Origin: Octopus sinensis
Lineage: Eukaryota
Assembly: GCF_006345805.1 (NCBI RefSeq)
Contig: NC_042999.1
Span: 107,818,001 to 107,882,000, forward strand
Length of the DNA stretch: 64,000 nt
Direction of reading: 5' to 3'
Every line of letters begins with the position of its first letter. The first letter of the stretch is position 1. The notes beneath the pieces were generated by a model. It saw only the letters and a program-made list of their open reading frames with translations, was not told the origin of the DNA and made no database searches. Below, piece by piece: positions 23,860 through 35,749 of this stretch. The translations under genes and the position numbers were made by a program.

Positions 23860-24275
23860 TTCTTGCACACTCTCCCACTCTCCTCCCCTGCACACTCCCA
23901 CTTCCTCCCTCTTGCATGCACCCCCTTTTCTCCCTCCTTCCCCCCTGTACACTCCCCCTGTACACTCTCCCCTGTACACTTCCCCTTGTACACTCTCCCC
24001 TTGTACACTCTCCCTCTGTACACTTTCCCTCTGTACACTTTCCCTCTGTACACTTTCCCTCTGTACACTTTCCCTCTGTACACTTTCCCTCTGTACACTT
24101 TCCCTCTGTACACTTTCCCTCTGTACACTTCCCCCTGTTCACTCTCCCTCTTGCACACTCTCTCTTTCTCATGCATACTCTCTCTTTCTCATGCATACTC
24201 TCTCTTTCTCCTGCATACTCTCTCTTTCTCCTGCATGCTCTCTCTTTCTCCTGCACACTCTCTCTTTCTCTCTCA
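23860..24275. repeat. Polypyrimidine minisatellite: 15-bp unit (TACACTTTCCCTCTG)n followed by ~20-bp (CATACTCTCTCTTTCTCATG-like) units
   Basis: Direct inspection; explains the repetitive ORFs 23714-24426. Confidence 0.9.
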
Positions 24276-25316
24276 AAATATAGGACAGGCTTCTATGCAG
24301 TTTCTGTCTAATCCTTTCACTCACATGTCATTGGTCAGTTCTAAGGCAAGAGTAGAAGACACTTCCCCAACTTGTTGCATAGCAGAACTGAAACCTAAGT
24401 ACACAAAAGGCTGGTTGCAAATCTGAACTTCTTAACCACAGAACCATGCCTGCATTTATTTCTTTTAATTTTTAATATGATCAAGATATTCGAGGTTGTG
24501 CAAAACAGCTGTAACTTTATAAATTTTAGATTAGGCTTGTTTTAAGAAATGTTATGTGATCATTATACTATGAGATTTTTGATTGAGAATTTCATTTAAA
24601 TATGAATACTTCAGTACGGATAATCTCCTAAGGACAGGCATTACAAAAAGGTTAAGTTGAAAACTTTACAATGACTTGACTTGTTCTGTCATTCAAATTG
24701 AAAATATGAGCTCCCAAACCTCATTTATGCAAGCCATCCAAATAAGGTATTTGTCTTGTAATTATTTTGAAGGCTACTATTATTATTATGACATGGAAAA
24801 CATATGTTAGGGTTACAGTGCTTTTTCTCGCTCATTAGTGGGGTGTTTTTTTGTCTTGAAATAAAGAGTATTATCCCTTAAATCATAATAATTTGATATT
24901 GTCATGTACAATTGCATGCTACTTTTGTACTGCTTTAAGATATTTTAATTACCTAAAATTTAATCATTAATATATTATTCCAGCATTATCATTGACATTT
25001 GCATATTATTTGTGTGTATTCATTTGCCTGACTGGTTTATCTTTTCACCTCTCTTCATTTAACTGTGGATTAATTACCAAGGTATGATATTTTTTTCTTT
25101 GTAGAGGTATTTTGTCTTTTATAGTGGTGAGCAAGTTTATAAAAAACATATGCTAATGTGATATGAGCAGTGATTTCAGTATTGTGTATCCATGTATGTG
25201 ATTACATGCACAGGGGAGCATACATATGTATGATGGGAATTAGTAATTTGTTCTCAGTCATCTGTAATTAATCATTTCTTACAGAGGCACAAAACCCAGT
25301 AACTTTTAGCCATAAC

Positions 25317-25349
<33 letters not shown>

Positions 25350-25439
25350 ATGATCATCATTTTGGTTTTAACATTGTTAGAACAAATTTAGTGAGACAGA
25401 TTTTCCATGGCCATTTACCCTTTCCTGTAGTGTAAATGC

Positions 25440-25785
25440 ATGTGTGTGTGTGTTGTATGTAAATATGCATGTATATGAAGGGTAGAGTCCACAGTAATCC
25501 ATAGGTAGGAGAGGTGCAGCTGGAGGGTAAAATGTCCAAAAGAGAATTCGTAAAGGGTAGAAAGGTAGAAAGTCCAGTGGAGAAGTCCGTGTGTGATAAG
25601 AGGTGACAGGGTCAACCGGTGTGACCACGTGAGCATGTGATATACGGGGAGAATTCATGAAAAAAATAAAAGATGAAGACAGATGGTGTAGAAAACAAAC
25701 AGATGTATTAGTATAATGCTCAGGAATTGAAAAAGTCTTTTACGTTTCGAGCCTACGCTCTTCTACAGAAAGGAACACAGAAAGA
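25440..25785 (-). mobile_element. Penelope-like pLTR remnant
   Basis: Purine-rich + strand ending in a hammerhead-like motif on the minus strand; the assignment is by motif. Confidence 0.5.
25737..25772 (-). ncRNA. Variant minimal hammerhead motif
   Basis: CTTT-CTGTAGA-A-GAGC(GTAG)GCTC-GAAAC-GTA-AAAG: stems I and II are perfect; core A6 is U. Confidence 0.45.
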
Positions 25786-25789
25786 AGGG

Positions 25790-26035
25790 TGCATAGCCTA
25801 ATGGTAAGGGTGTTATACCCATGATCATGAGATTGTGGTTTTGACTCTTACACTGGGTGATGCCCTGTGTTCCTGACCTCGCCTCATGTTCATTTGTGAT
25901 CCCTTCAACATCTGATGTCTGGCACACCATTGCACCTATACAAGCAATATTGATTTGACCGAAGGAGTGAGCTAATGCACAGCACATACATTTCATCACT
26001 ATAAACAAATCATCTGTGCAAGTTGTTCAGTTAGA
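25790..26035 (+). mobile_element. Old tRNA-headed SINE of another family
   Basis: GGGTGCATAGCCTAATGGTAAG box-A-like head and a decayed box B. Confidence 0.4.
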
Positions 26036-26149
26036 AATTTCAGAACCTTCATCTATCATTTACAACAGGAGAGCCCATGAGATCTATATGAGTGTGTTTG
26101 TGAAATCTTTGTATCTCTGCCATAAGGCTTCATTTCCACACACGCCAGC

Positions 26150-26497
26150 TGAATTCAATTCGTCCCCAGTCAAAAGACACCTGTTGTTATGTTCTATTTA
26201 TATTGTATTTATATTTGTGTAACATTGTCTGTTTTTCCGTCCTTGTTTTTGTATACATTCGATGCTTTCTTCTAAGGAATCTAATGCTCTTAGCTTAGTT
26301 TTTCCTTGGGGCTGACCAGATTGGAGCAATTTCAAGATTAATCAGCCGAAATTGCAAGGATGATCTTGTTCTTGACTGAGGATAGAAAGCTTTGAATGAC
26401 CTGTCCTTGTTTTTTTGTATCATCTATCTGGATGTTTTGTTGTCCCTTTTTTGGGTCACCTTGTTGTCTGGATGTTTTGCGATCTTGTCCCATTTTG

Positions 26498-26500
<3 letters not shown>
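26150..26500. repeat. Unclassified interspersed repeat ending in (TA)n
   Basis: The GGGGCTGACCAGATTGGAGC..TAATCAGCCGAAATTGC segment is recalled as a common Octopus repeat; not verifiable within the window. Confidence 0.3.
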
Positions 26501-26544
<44 letters not shown>

Positions 26545-27789
26545 TAGTGAATGGTAGCTTTATGCTGGTATGGGATGTAGCTTAGCAAAAATGTACCAAA
26601 TAATATTAGGTTGATTGAACAATATTATTTATTGAAAGCTGAACCAGTGAATTCTTCCTTAGATTTCTTGTTTTCGCTTCTCGGGTGCTAGGCATTCTAA
26701 CTTTTGGAGCTTACCTTTTAACCAATCCATCAGATGATGCTGATCAGCTTGCTGTGAAAAATTCTTTGTTATACACATTGGAAGTGATCATATATGGGGA
26801 AATGAAAGAGAACTGTGAAAAGAAAAATAGAAAGAAAAAAAAGTAAATATAAAATTTGAGTGTGTGCGTGAGGAGAAAATAAATGTGAAAAGAAAAAGAT
26901 TAGGAATAAGGAAGAAGGAAGAAAAGAAAAAAGACAGACCCACTAAGAGTACAATAGAAAATAAAGGATAACTAGAAGAGGAAGAATATTAAGAAGAGAC
27001 AAGAAAGAAGAATGAGAAGCATATGCAGCAGGAAAATGAGAAGGTAAAAAAATGGTAAAGTGGGAAAGATAAAGGAAACAAAGGCTGCAAATTTGAATGG
27101 AAAGGTTGTTAGAATCGTTTGAGAATTTCAGAAAATTTCAATTAATTGACATTTATGGGTTCAGCAAATTTATGTGGCTGGATACATTTGACCAACTTGA
27201 CCAATGGCTGAAGAAAGGAAGAATATAATTTAGGATGAGATGGTCAAAGTAGCATCCGTTTTAGGCTATCTGTTTTGATTAATGGATTCATATAATAGGT
27301 TTATATGTCAGAAGACAAGTAAGAAAGGGAAAAAGTAGTATATGTTGTATGTTATCAGATGAAAGCCATTATAGTATATGATAGAAAACTTGCCAAATAG
27401 CTGGACTTGGTGGAACAGTGTAGAAGCTGAAGCTAGCTGGATGCTAGTGGATTCGATGTAAGTTGGTTTAAGTGGGCTAGCAGAATCACAGTCTGCAAAG
27501 ATCTGTCTGGTTTTGGAAACACTGGTGCAGCAAAGAGTTCAAGGTGGTAGCTATATTCCTTCATTACAATTACAGAGAAAGCTATCAAGATTGTCTGGTT
27601 GAAGAGGGTAGACCTGAGACTTGATACTAGTGGGATGTAAATAAAAACTTGATTAAGCCTAGCTGGGTTAATGTGAAAGATCAAAACTGCCCTACAACAT
27701 TCAGAAATATCACAGACGGTGAGTCCCCGATGATTTGTCTGGTGTATCGTGATATCTAACAAATCTCTCTCTCTCTCACTATATATGTA

Positions 27790-28000
27790 TATAAAGTTAA
27801 TCCAAACATGAAAACACAGCAACACAAGGACGTGGAACAAGTATAGTGTTATTGGACACTCAGGAAAGGAAAGAAAAAAGGAGGATTTAATGTTTCAAGT
27901 GCAGCTCTTCGTCAGAAACATAGGCAAAGGGAAGATCCAAAGAAGGGAAAACGGAGGAAAAAAAATCGCCATCGATACACATGCGGTCACATATTGAATG
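27790..28000 (-). mobile_element. Penelope-like pLTR remnant with CpG-decayed hammerhead (27886-27918)
   Basis: The minus strand reads TTT-CTGACGA-A-GAG(CTGCA)CTT-GAAAC-ATT-AAA, flanked by (TA)n/(CT)n. Confidence 0.55.
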
Positions 28001-28239
28001 ACCAGAGGGGGATGGATGAAGAAAAAGTTCTTTCAAAGACAGGAGAGTGAAAGAGAAGGAGGTATGTGTGGGTATGTACATGCATGCAGGTCTGTGTGTG
28101 TGTGTGTGGTTGTGGCTGTTAATCTATGTGTGTGGTTGGGCTTCGTATCGTTTAAGGTCATAGGAAGAATGATAGTAGGAGTGACTCCTGTTGTGTCTCT
28201 ACCTACCCATGTGCCCCTCCTCTCTGTTAGGAGGCACAG

Positions 28240-28395
28240 GCACTCACACACACATAATGGAAACTTCCACCTACCAAATTCAATCGCAAGGCTTCAGTCA
28301 GCCCAAGGCTAGAGTAGAAGATACTTGCCCAAGATACTACACAGTGGAACTGAACCCAGAACCATGTGGCTGGGAAGCAAGCTTCCTAACCACAC
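28240..28395 (-). mobile_element. CORE-like SINE 5' half
   Basis: GATACTTGCCCAAGATACTACACAGTGGAACTGAACCCAGAACCATGTGG. Confidence 0.65.
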
Positions 28396-30116
28396 AACTG
28401 AGGGCGAGAGAGAAATTTTGGTGAACACAAGTTTAACAAGCTTGTATCTTTTGTTCACTATGTACATTTCACTATTGTAGTTGTTTAGAGCAACAATGTT
28501 CTATATTCATTGTGCAATTGAATGCGTAACCATTAGAGATCATCAGAATAACACTTTATTGTATTATCGTCTTGTTATAGAGGTCAACTATCTATATTTA
28601 TAAACATATGCGTTTATATATATACCTTTTGCACTTGTAAAAGTGCATGTAAAATAGAAAGAAATAGCTTGGCAGACCATGATACAGATTATCATTTGGA
28701 ATATTTTCATTTCTCTCGCTCTTTCTGCTTTGCTGATAAATATTCTAATTATAGGGGATCTATTTATCAACTCCCCTTCACGCCAATGTCTCCTTCATAC
28801 ATGAAATTTTCTCCCAAACATGTTATGAAGTTTTCCTTTGAATGAAATGTGATCTAAGCTCCTCTTATCCAACCTCTGCATGTGAAGTATGTACTCTATA
28901 TGCTTGTTGCATCTGTTTTCAATCAGAGACACACTTCTTGAAGATGCATTGTCACTGTAAGACATTCATTTAGCTTGCTCCAACTTGAACCTTCAAATAC
29001 TGAAATTCCTCTTTTGTACAAACTTGTTAAGAAATATGCATGCATATACAATTATTCTAGTAAGTTTCATATATTCACAAATATGATTTTTATGTGTATA
29101 AATTTAAAATTATGTTTATTTATTTCCTTTTATATTTCAATTATTAGTCAATACATATCTTGCTTTTAATATAATTTCAAGATATTGATAACTTTCGTAG
29201 TTTATTTCATTTTAAATTTGTAATTTGTTGAAAATGAATGCCAAACATGTTAAACTGTAGGAAAATAAATTGATTTCATGTTCCAACATTGCTTCAAGTA
29301 AAACTGCCGGTTGGATTCTGCAAAATTGAATCTCTTGCCTTGTACATGACTAAATAAAGAATGCATTTATATAGAAGTTTGACTTAATCTTAATTACAGT
29401 GAATAGATTAGAAACATAATTATAAAAGTTTATTTGATTTGTAACTGAGACTTTCAAATTTAATGAAAGTAACTTATTTGATTATGATAAAATGTATTTA
29501 AAAAAATAGAGTAAGTTAGTATATGTTGTCAATCAAAACTATTCTGATTTAAAAGTAATTCAAAGTGAAATATCTGTAAGATCTTTTGTAAATGAGGAGT
29601 GATCTTTAGTGTTGTGATCTTGGTGAACGACTATGAACATTGTCTTTATAATTATATCAAATATTTTTAGTTAGATATTAAAAATCTTTATTTGTGACTA
29701 TAATACTTTTGTAAGAATTTCAGTCTCTCAGGCCCAGAGCTTAGTAATTTTGTTCAGACATTAAATAATTGAGGCACCATCTGCATGAAAAATCTTAGTG
29801 CTACCGTATTTAATGTATGGAGTACCATTATCATCAGCTAAAAAGCTAATTGTATCGAGTTAAACTTTTCATACACCTTGCATTAAATATGCATTGAAAG
29901 AATTAGCTTCTGTCTTCAGTGTCTATCTGAATGCTTAATCTATATTCAAGTTGACATCTACACCCTAAAAGCAACATTGCTTCTCTGTTTCTTCTGAAGA
30001 GAGCAAATCAAATCTAACATTTTTATTTTCTTATTTAGGATTTATTGTCTGAACATACTAATGTTTCCTATTAGTACTTACTCTGAAGATATTCCATCGA
30101 AATGACTTTCTCTTCA

Positions 30117-30172
<56 letters not shown>

Positions 30173-31172
30173 TGTTTGAAAGACATAGATTGTTAAAATT
30201 ACATTTGGAACTGAGAAACATTTCAGTGTCAGTTTTTATAAACCATAATATATTTTGTTGGAAATTATTCAATTTTGTCAATGGCTGGTTCAATTGAATT
30301 CTTCCTTGAAGTGATACAAGTCTGTCTCTAAGAACTTCTCTTATAATTTGTAACATAATGTTGCTTTTACCTAAAGAAAGGAAATGATTACTTTCGAAGA
30401 GACACCACACTAGTTATATCTGCAGTAGAATTACTTATGTGACTTCTTTTCTAAGTTAGGCACCAAGTAATAGTGTTATCTTAAAGAAAATCTGCCAACA
30501 TTACTTTAAATTAACTGGCATCAATTGCTGCAAGACTATGTGTTTTAAAGTTAAATTAAATCTAAAATTTTTACATTCAACAAAATTTATTAAACCAAGT
30601 CACTTTCATAAAATTAGTAAAATAATATTTTTGGTTTAAAGCACCAAAAGACTTGAATGCAAAAGTTTTTAGGTTTGACAGTTTTAGAATTAGAAGGAAA
30701 TCTCTTGTTTATCACACTTCTCTCAGTAAATTTATAGTTGATGTCAGTTCGTTTGCCACTTTTAGGAGGGCATTTTGGTTTTGATAATGAATTAATTGGT
30801 TTATTCTTCAGAATAGTTCTTTTGGTATAGTTATTTTTGTGTGTTTAAAATGAATGAAGTTAATACTGATATTCTGAATATGTTTTCATGAATAGAATCT
30901 TCCATTCAGGTAGAACCTAACTTCTCAGCAAAAATACAAGACTATGCCTCTAGTTTGGTTTTGATTATTGAAAATGAATTTTAGTTACTGAAAATATTCT
31001 GTGAAACAGCATCTTAAATTCGGGTTTATTTCTGTAGTTATTTTTCTATCCAGAGGGATTTTTAACCCAATTTTTATACACTATTATCTATAGCTTTATC
31101 TGCTTCAAACTTTCACTCTTCCAAAACAACAATTTTCACCTTATTGAAGTTTATAAATTTGTATGATGTCAA

Positions 31173-31234
<62 letters not shown>

Positions 31235-31297
31235 ATGTGTGTAAGTATATATAGGTATAAGAATGTGTATTTATGTGTGTGTATGTGTATATATATA

Positions 31298-31650
31298 TCA
31301 TCATCATTGTTTAACGTCCGTTTTCCATGCTAGCATGGGTTGGATGGTTTGACCAGGATCTGGGAAGCCAGGAGGCTGCACCAGGCTCCAGTCTGATCTG
31401 GCAATGTTTCTACAGCTGGATGCCCTTCCTAATGCCAACCACTCCGTGAGTGTAGTGGGTGCTTTTTACATGCCACCGGCACAGGTATCACATCTACAAT
31501 TTCCATTTGATATTTATTTTGATGTTGATATACTTGACTCAATAAGTCTCCTCAAGCACAGCAGGTCACCCTACGAACCAAGGTAAGCACAGCAGGTCGT
31601 TCTGCAATCCAAGGTACTTTGGAGGGGCTGGGGCTATGTGAAACTGGTGC
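31298..31650 (-). mobile_element. RTE-tail non-autonomous element
   Basis: CATCATCATTGTTTAACGTCCG...CTGGATGCCCTTCCTAATGCCAACC. Confidence 0.7.
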
Positions 31651-31756
31651 AGGAAGCGGCCATATATATATATATATATTATATATATATATATATATAA
31701 AAGAGTGTATGTGTGTTTAAATTTGTGTATGTGTATATATATATATATATATATAT

Positions 31757-31935
31757 TCTTTTATTTGTTACTCATTTAACTGCGGCTATGCTGGAATACC
31801 GCCTTTAGTCAAGCAAATCAACCCCAGGACTTATTTTTTGTAAGTCTGGTTCTTATTTGGTCTCTTTTGCTGAACTGCTAAGTTATAGGGATGTCAACAC
31901 TAGTTGTCAAGTGATGGTGTGGGTACAAACACACA
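31757..31935 (-). mobile_element. CORE-like SINE 3' half
   Basis: CTGCGGCTATGCTGGAATACCGCCTTTAGTCAAGC..GTTGTCAAGTGATGG. Confidence 0.65.
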
Positions 31936-31978
31936 CACATATATATATAAATGGAGTTAAATGCAGGTGTTATTCAAA

Positions 31979-32236
31979 TATATGTTTACAATGGCTAAAC
32001 AGGTATCTCCAACTAGCAGGCCATGCTACACCAGACTGATGACGAGCAAAGACTCAGAAACCAGTCTCTGGGTGCAGGCTTAGCCGCGTGGAGGTGCTTA
32101 TCCCCCCCTTGTAAACATAAGGACACAGGAGATGTGCCAAGGCCGACAGGAAGCGTTGATGCTTCGTAGGGCTAAATAACAGTGGTGTGATTCCCTTCAT
32201 GGGACTGTCACATTAAGTTGATAGTATACAACTACT
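31979..32236 (+). mobile_element. Hammerhead-containing repeat unit, copy 1 (retrozyme/Penelope-pLTR-like)
   Basis: Direct repeat of 32633-32874; contains a hammerhead motif and several hairpins. Confidence 0.65.
32031..32071 (+). ncRNA. Minimal type I hammerhead ribozyme motif
   Basis: CCAGA-CTGATGA-C-GAG(CAAAGA)CTC-A-GAAAC-CA-GTC-TCTGG: 5-bp stem I, intact core and a GUC cleavage triplet (predicted cut after 32066). Confidence 0.65.
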
Positions 32237-32270
32237 TTATCATATCACTACTGCTTATATCACTACTACT

Positions 32271-32550
32271 CCCGGACCGGGCTGCGTGTTGTGTTCTTGA
32301 GCAAGGCACTTTATTTCACGTTGCTCCAGTTCACTCAGCTGTAGAAATGAGTTGCGACGTCACTGGTGCCAAGCTGTATCGGCCCCTTTGCCGTTCCCTT
32401 GGATAACACTGGTGGCATGGAGAGGGGAGGCTGGTATGCATGGGCGACTGCTGGTCTTCCATAAACAACCTTGCCCGGACTTGTGTCTAGGAGGGTAACT
32501 TTCTAGGTGCAATCCCATGGTCATTCATGACCGAAGGGAGTCTTTACCCT
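32271..32550 (+). mobile_element. 5'-truncated V/CORE-like SINE with 13-bp TSD
   Basis: TSD TACTGCTTATATC at 32249-32261 and 32551-32563; 9 extra nt (ACTACTACT) at the 5' junction. Confidence 0.85.
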
Positions 32551-32632
32551 TACTGCTTATATCTCTCTGAGATATTTAGAAATGTAATATTTCTATTTTT
32601 GTAATCAGTGAATTTATTTCACTAGAATTCTT

Positions 32633-32872
32633 ATATGTTTACAATGGCTAAACAGGTATCTCCACCTAGCAGGCCATGCTACTACAGACTGATGATGAGC
32701 AAAGACTGGGTGCAGGCTTAGCTGGGTGGAGGTGCTTGTCACCCCCTTGTAAACATAAGGACACAGGAGATGTTTCAAGGCTGACAGGAAGTGTTGATGC
32801 TTCCTAGGGCTAAATAGCAGTGGTGTGATTTCCTTCATGGGACTGTCACATTAAGTTGACAGTATACAACTA

Positions 32873-32874
<2 letters not shown>
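32633..32874 (+). mobile_element. Hammerhead-containing repeat unit, copy 2 (ribozyme inactivated by a 15-nt deletion)
   Basis: CAGA-CTGATGA-TGAG-CAAAGA-CT then GGGTGCAGG; lacks CAGAAACCAGTCTCT. Confidence 0.65.
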
Positions 32875-32935
<61 letters not shown>

Positions 32936-33109
32936 AAATTATACAAACGAGTGGACAAATAAAAGAAAAGGGTACTCAACACATTTAGTAGGTGTTGCAT
33001 GTATTATTCAAAGCAGTTTGATTTGGCTCCATATTGCTTAAAGTTCCACATGCCTCTAACAGAAGCCTGTCTCTTTCAGGCTAGAGATTGCCAAATTGAT
33101 ATATTCTTT

Positions 33110-33478
33110 TATTTGTTTGTCATTTGACTGCAGCCATGTTGGAGCACAGCCTTGAGGGGTTTTAGTCAGATAAACTGACTCCAAGACGTGTTTTTTAAAC
33201 TTAGCCCTTATTCTTTCAGTCTTTTTTGCTGAATTGCTAAGTTATGGGGTTGTTAACACACCAACACCCATTGTCAAGCAGTGATGAGGAGTACAAACAA
33301 AGATACACACACATAGATATATACATATGTATATATATATACAATGGGCTTCTTTCAATTTCCATCTACCAGCCCAAGGCTATAGTAGAAGACACTTGCC
33401 CAATCTGCAATGTAGTGCAACTGAACCCGGAACCATGTGGTTGGGAAGCAAGCTTCTTAACACACAGCTATACCTGCA
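33110..33478 (-). mobile_element. CORE-like tRNA SINE
   Basis: CATTTGACTGCAGCCATG..GACACTTGCCC..CTGAACCCGGAACCATGTGG. Confidence 0.75.
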
Positions 33479-33479
33479 C

Positions 33480-33492
33480 CTATATATATATA

Positions 33493-33541
<49 letters not shown>

Positions 33542-33599
33542 ATATATTATATGTGTGTGTGTATATATATATATGTGTGTGTGTGTATATATATATATA

Positions 33600-33663
<64 letters not shown>

Positions 33664-34077
33664 AAGATATATTATAAAATAGATAACCTTTAAGCAAATA
33701 GGTTTCCTGATATTATAAAATATGCATATATAAATATGTGTGTGTATGTATATGTATATATTGTTATATTCATATGTTTATTCTGTTTCTAAACTGCATG
33801 TCAAGGTGTCTGACATATAACCAGTAATTTAAATCAGGCTCTAAATCAGAGTATATATACTGAAGTCAAGTGTGGGGCATATGTTATGAAATTAGTTATT
33901 TATAACATTTTTACATGCATCAGTGACCATTGTAAGACAGATTATGTAAGGATTTCCTCCTGTAATCCATCTTGCGATGGTTCCTGGCACATGCGTTAAG
34001 ATGCCATAAATAAAAAATTCATAATATACTCTCCAGGTCTGATATTTAAATATATATGTTTATGGACACACACGTGC

Positions 34078-34111
<34 letters not shown>

Positions 34112-34340
34112 GTATGTATACATTCATACATATATCTATGTGTGTGTGTATATGTATGTATGTATTCATACATATATCTATGTGTGTGTGTGTATACGTA
34201 TGTATGTATACATTCATACATATATCTGTGTGTGTGTGTGTATATGTATGTATGTATACATTCATACATATATCTATGTGTGTGTATATATGTATATATA
34301 TATGCATACATGCATGTATATGTATGTGTATATGTATTTC
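33480..34340. repeat. (TA)n/(TG)n microsatellites with a ~38-bp higher-order unit at 34110-34290
   Basis: Recurrent ATACATTCATACATATATCTATGTGTG. Confidence 0.8.
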
Positions 34341-34788
34341 AACACTTGCATAGCTCTACACATATACCCTTCCAAAAAATACTGCATGCACCATTTCTCC
34401 ACTTTATGCCCATCTCAAAACAAGACACACTCCAATATGTGTACACATGCACACCTATCCTTTCCTTTCTTCCTGACTGTCCCTCCCCTTAATTACCCTT
34501 CCAACTGGCATTTTATCCTTTCCTGTTTTTTTTTTCTTTTTCTTTTTCGACCAATTTTCCTCTTTTGCATTCCTCCTCTTCTTTTCTCCTTATGAAAGAC
34601 TATCTCAAACATTGAGACTCTTTCCCTCCTTTTGATCATTAAACTAATACAATATTTATTAAAACGTGCCCCATAGGTGTTGTTTTTTTTTGTTCATTAT
34701 AGTTTAATGTATGCAGTATATAATTATGGCTCAGTGGTTATGCAGTATATAATTATGTCTCAGTGGTTATGGCTCAGTATATAATTAT

Positions 34789-35119
34789 GGCTCAGTGGTT
34801 AGAGCGTCAAGCTTACGATCATGAGGTTGTGAGCTCGAATCCCGGACCAGGCTGCGGGTTGTGTTCTTGAGCAAGGCACTTTATTTCACGTTGCTCCAGT
34901 TCACTCAGCTGTAGAAATGAGTTGTGACGTCACTGGTGCCAAGCTGTATCGACCTTTGTCTTTCCCTTGGATAACACTGGTGGCGTGGAGAGGGGAGGCT
35001 GGTATGCATGGGTGACTGCTGGTCTTCCATAAACAACAGTGCCCAGACTTGTGTCTAGGAGGGTAACTTTCTAGGTGCAATCCCATGGTCATTCATGACC
35101 GAAGGGGGTCTTTACCCCT
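34789..35119 (+). mobile_element. Full-length V/CORE-like tRNA SINE with 12-bp TSD and stuttered 5' junction
   Basis: GGCTCAGTGGTTAGAGCG box A and GAGCTCGAATCCC box B. TSD TATATAATTATG at 34717-34728 and 35120-35131. Confidence 0.85.
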
Positions 35120-35400
35120 TATATAATTATGATCTACTAACAGTTTCATGCATTAGAGATGTTTACTAGGCTTGTTATTAAAACTTCCCTAGAAAATACC
35201 TCCAATGTCTGAAACTATTAGCCGCTCATAACTATATACTGTGTACATTAATTAGTATTTATCTCTTAACAGATGGAGTAATTCTGTCTTGATCTTACCT
35301 TAATGGAAAAGTAAGCTATATACATATGTATATATATTTCAGAGTTTGAATGATTGTGTACAGGTAAATACATTAGTCAATGAAATTCACACATAATCCT

Positions 35401-35630
35401 TTAATCCTTTCGCTATCTACCCGGCTGAAACTTCTTCTGGCTTTGTAGTACAAGTGTCTTGTTTTCAAAAGTTCTGTATTAAAATCTTCCACCAAACCTG
35501 AGTCGCAATTTATGTCCCTAACACTAACTTAATGATAGCTAAGTTATTTTACTAAATTCTTTATTATATTCAAAATTAATTGAAAGAAACACAGAGCATC
35601 TCATCAGAAATATAGTAATAAAAGGGTTAC
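35401..35630. mobile_element. piggyBac-like MITE
   Basis: TTAATCCTTT...AAAAGGGTTAC; related to 21640-21855. Confidence 0.55.
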
Positions 35631-35749
35631 AGGCACTTAAAGGACAAGTTCAATCATTTCACTGCAGTTATCAACTGTGGAACACAACTTTTGGTTAATG
35701 CTGCTATTGTATAAACCTGAAGATTGCAGAAAACATGAAAGCACTTGTA

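Noticed and set aside
23714-24426. Repetitive ORFs (CTLSL, VHFPS, GKCTE)
   Set aside because: Products of a 15-bp minisatellite; open in nearly all frames.
26716-26814. Minus-strand exon-like segment with AAAAG|GTAAGC donor
   Set aside because: The 99-nt form is closed in all frames and the acceptor derives from a GA-rich tract; no partner exons were found.
27433-27790. 135-aa minus ORF as a Penelope GIY-YIG/RT remnant
   Set aside because: No diagnostic motif, and the ORF runs through a microsatellite.
32072-32236. Possible twister or HDV-like ribozyme in the hairpin-rich part of the 32-kb repeat (GGCTAA, ATAACAGTGG)
   Set aside because: The required pseudoknots could not be assembled; only simple hairpins are supported.
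34789-34860. tRNA gene calls at SINE heads (also 7088, 25790, 42445, 44507)
   Set aside because: Box A/B are present, but they continue into SINE bodies with no acceptor stem.
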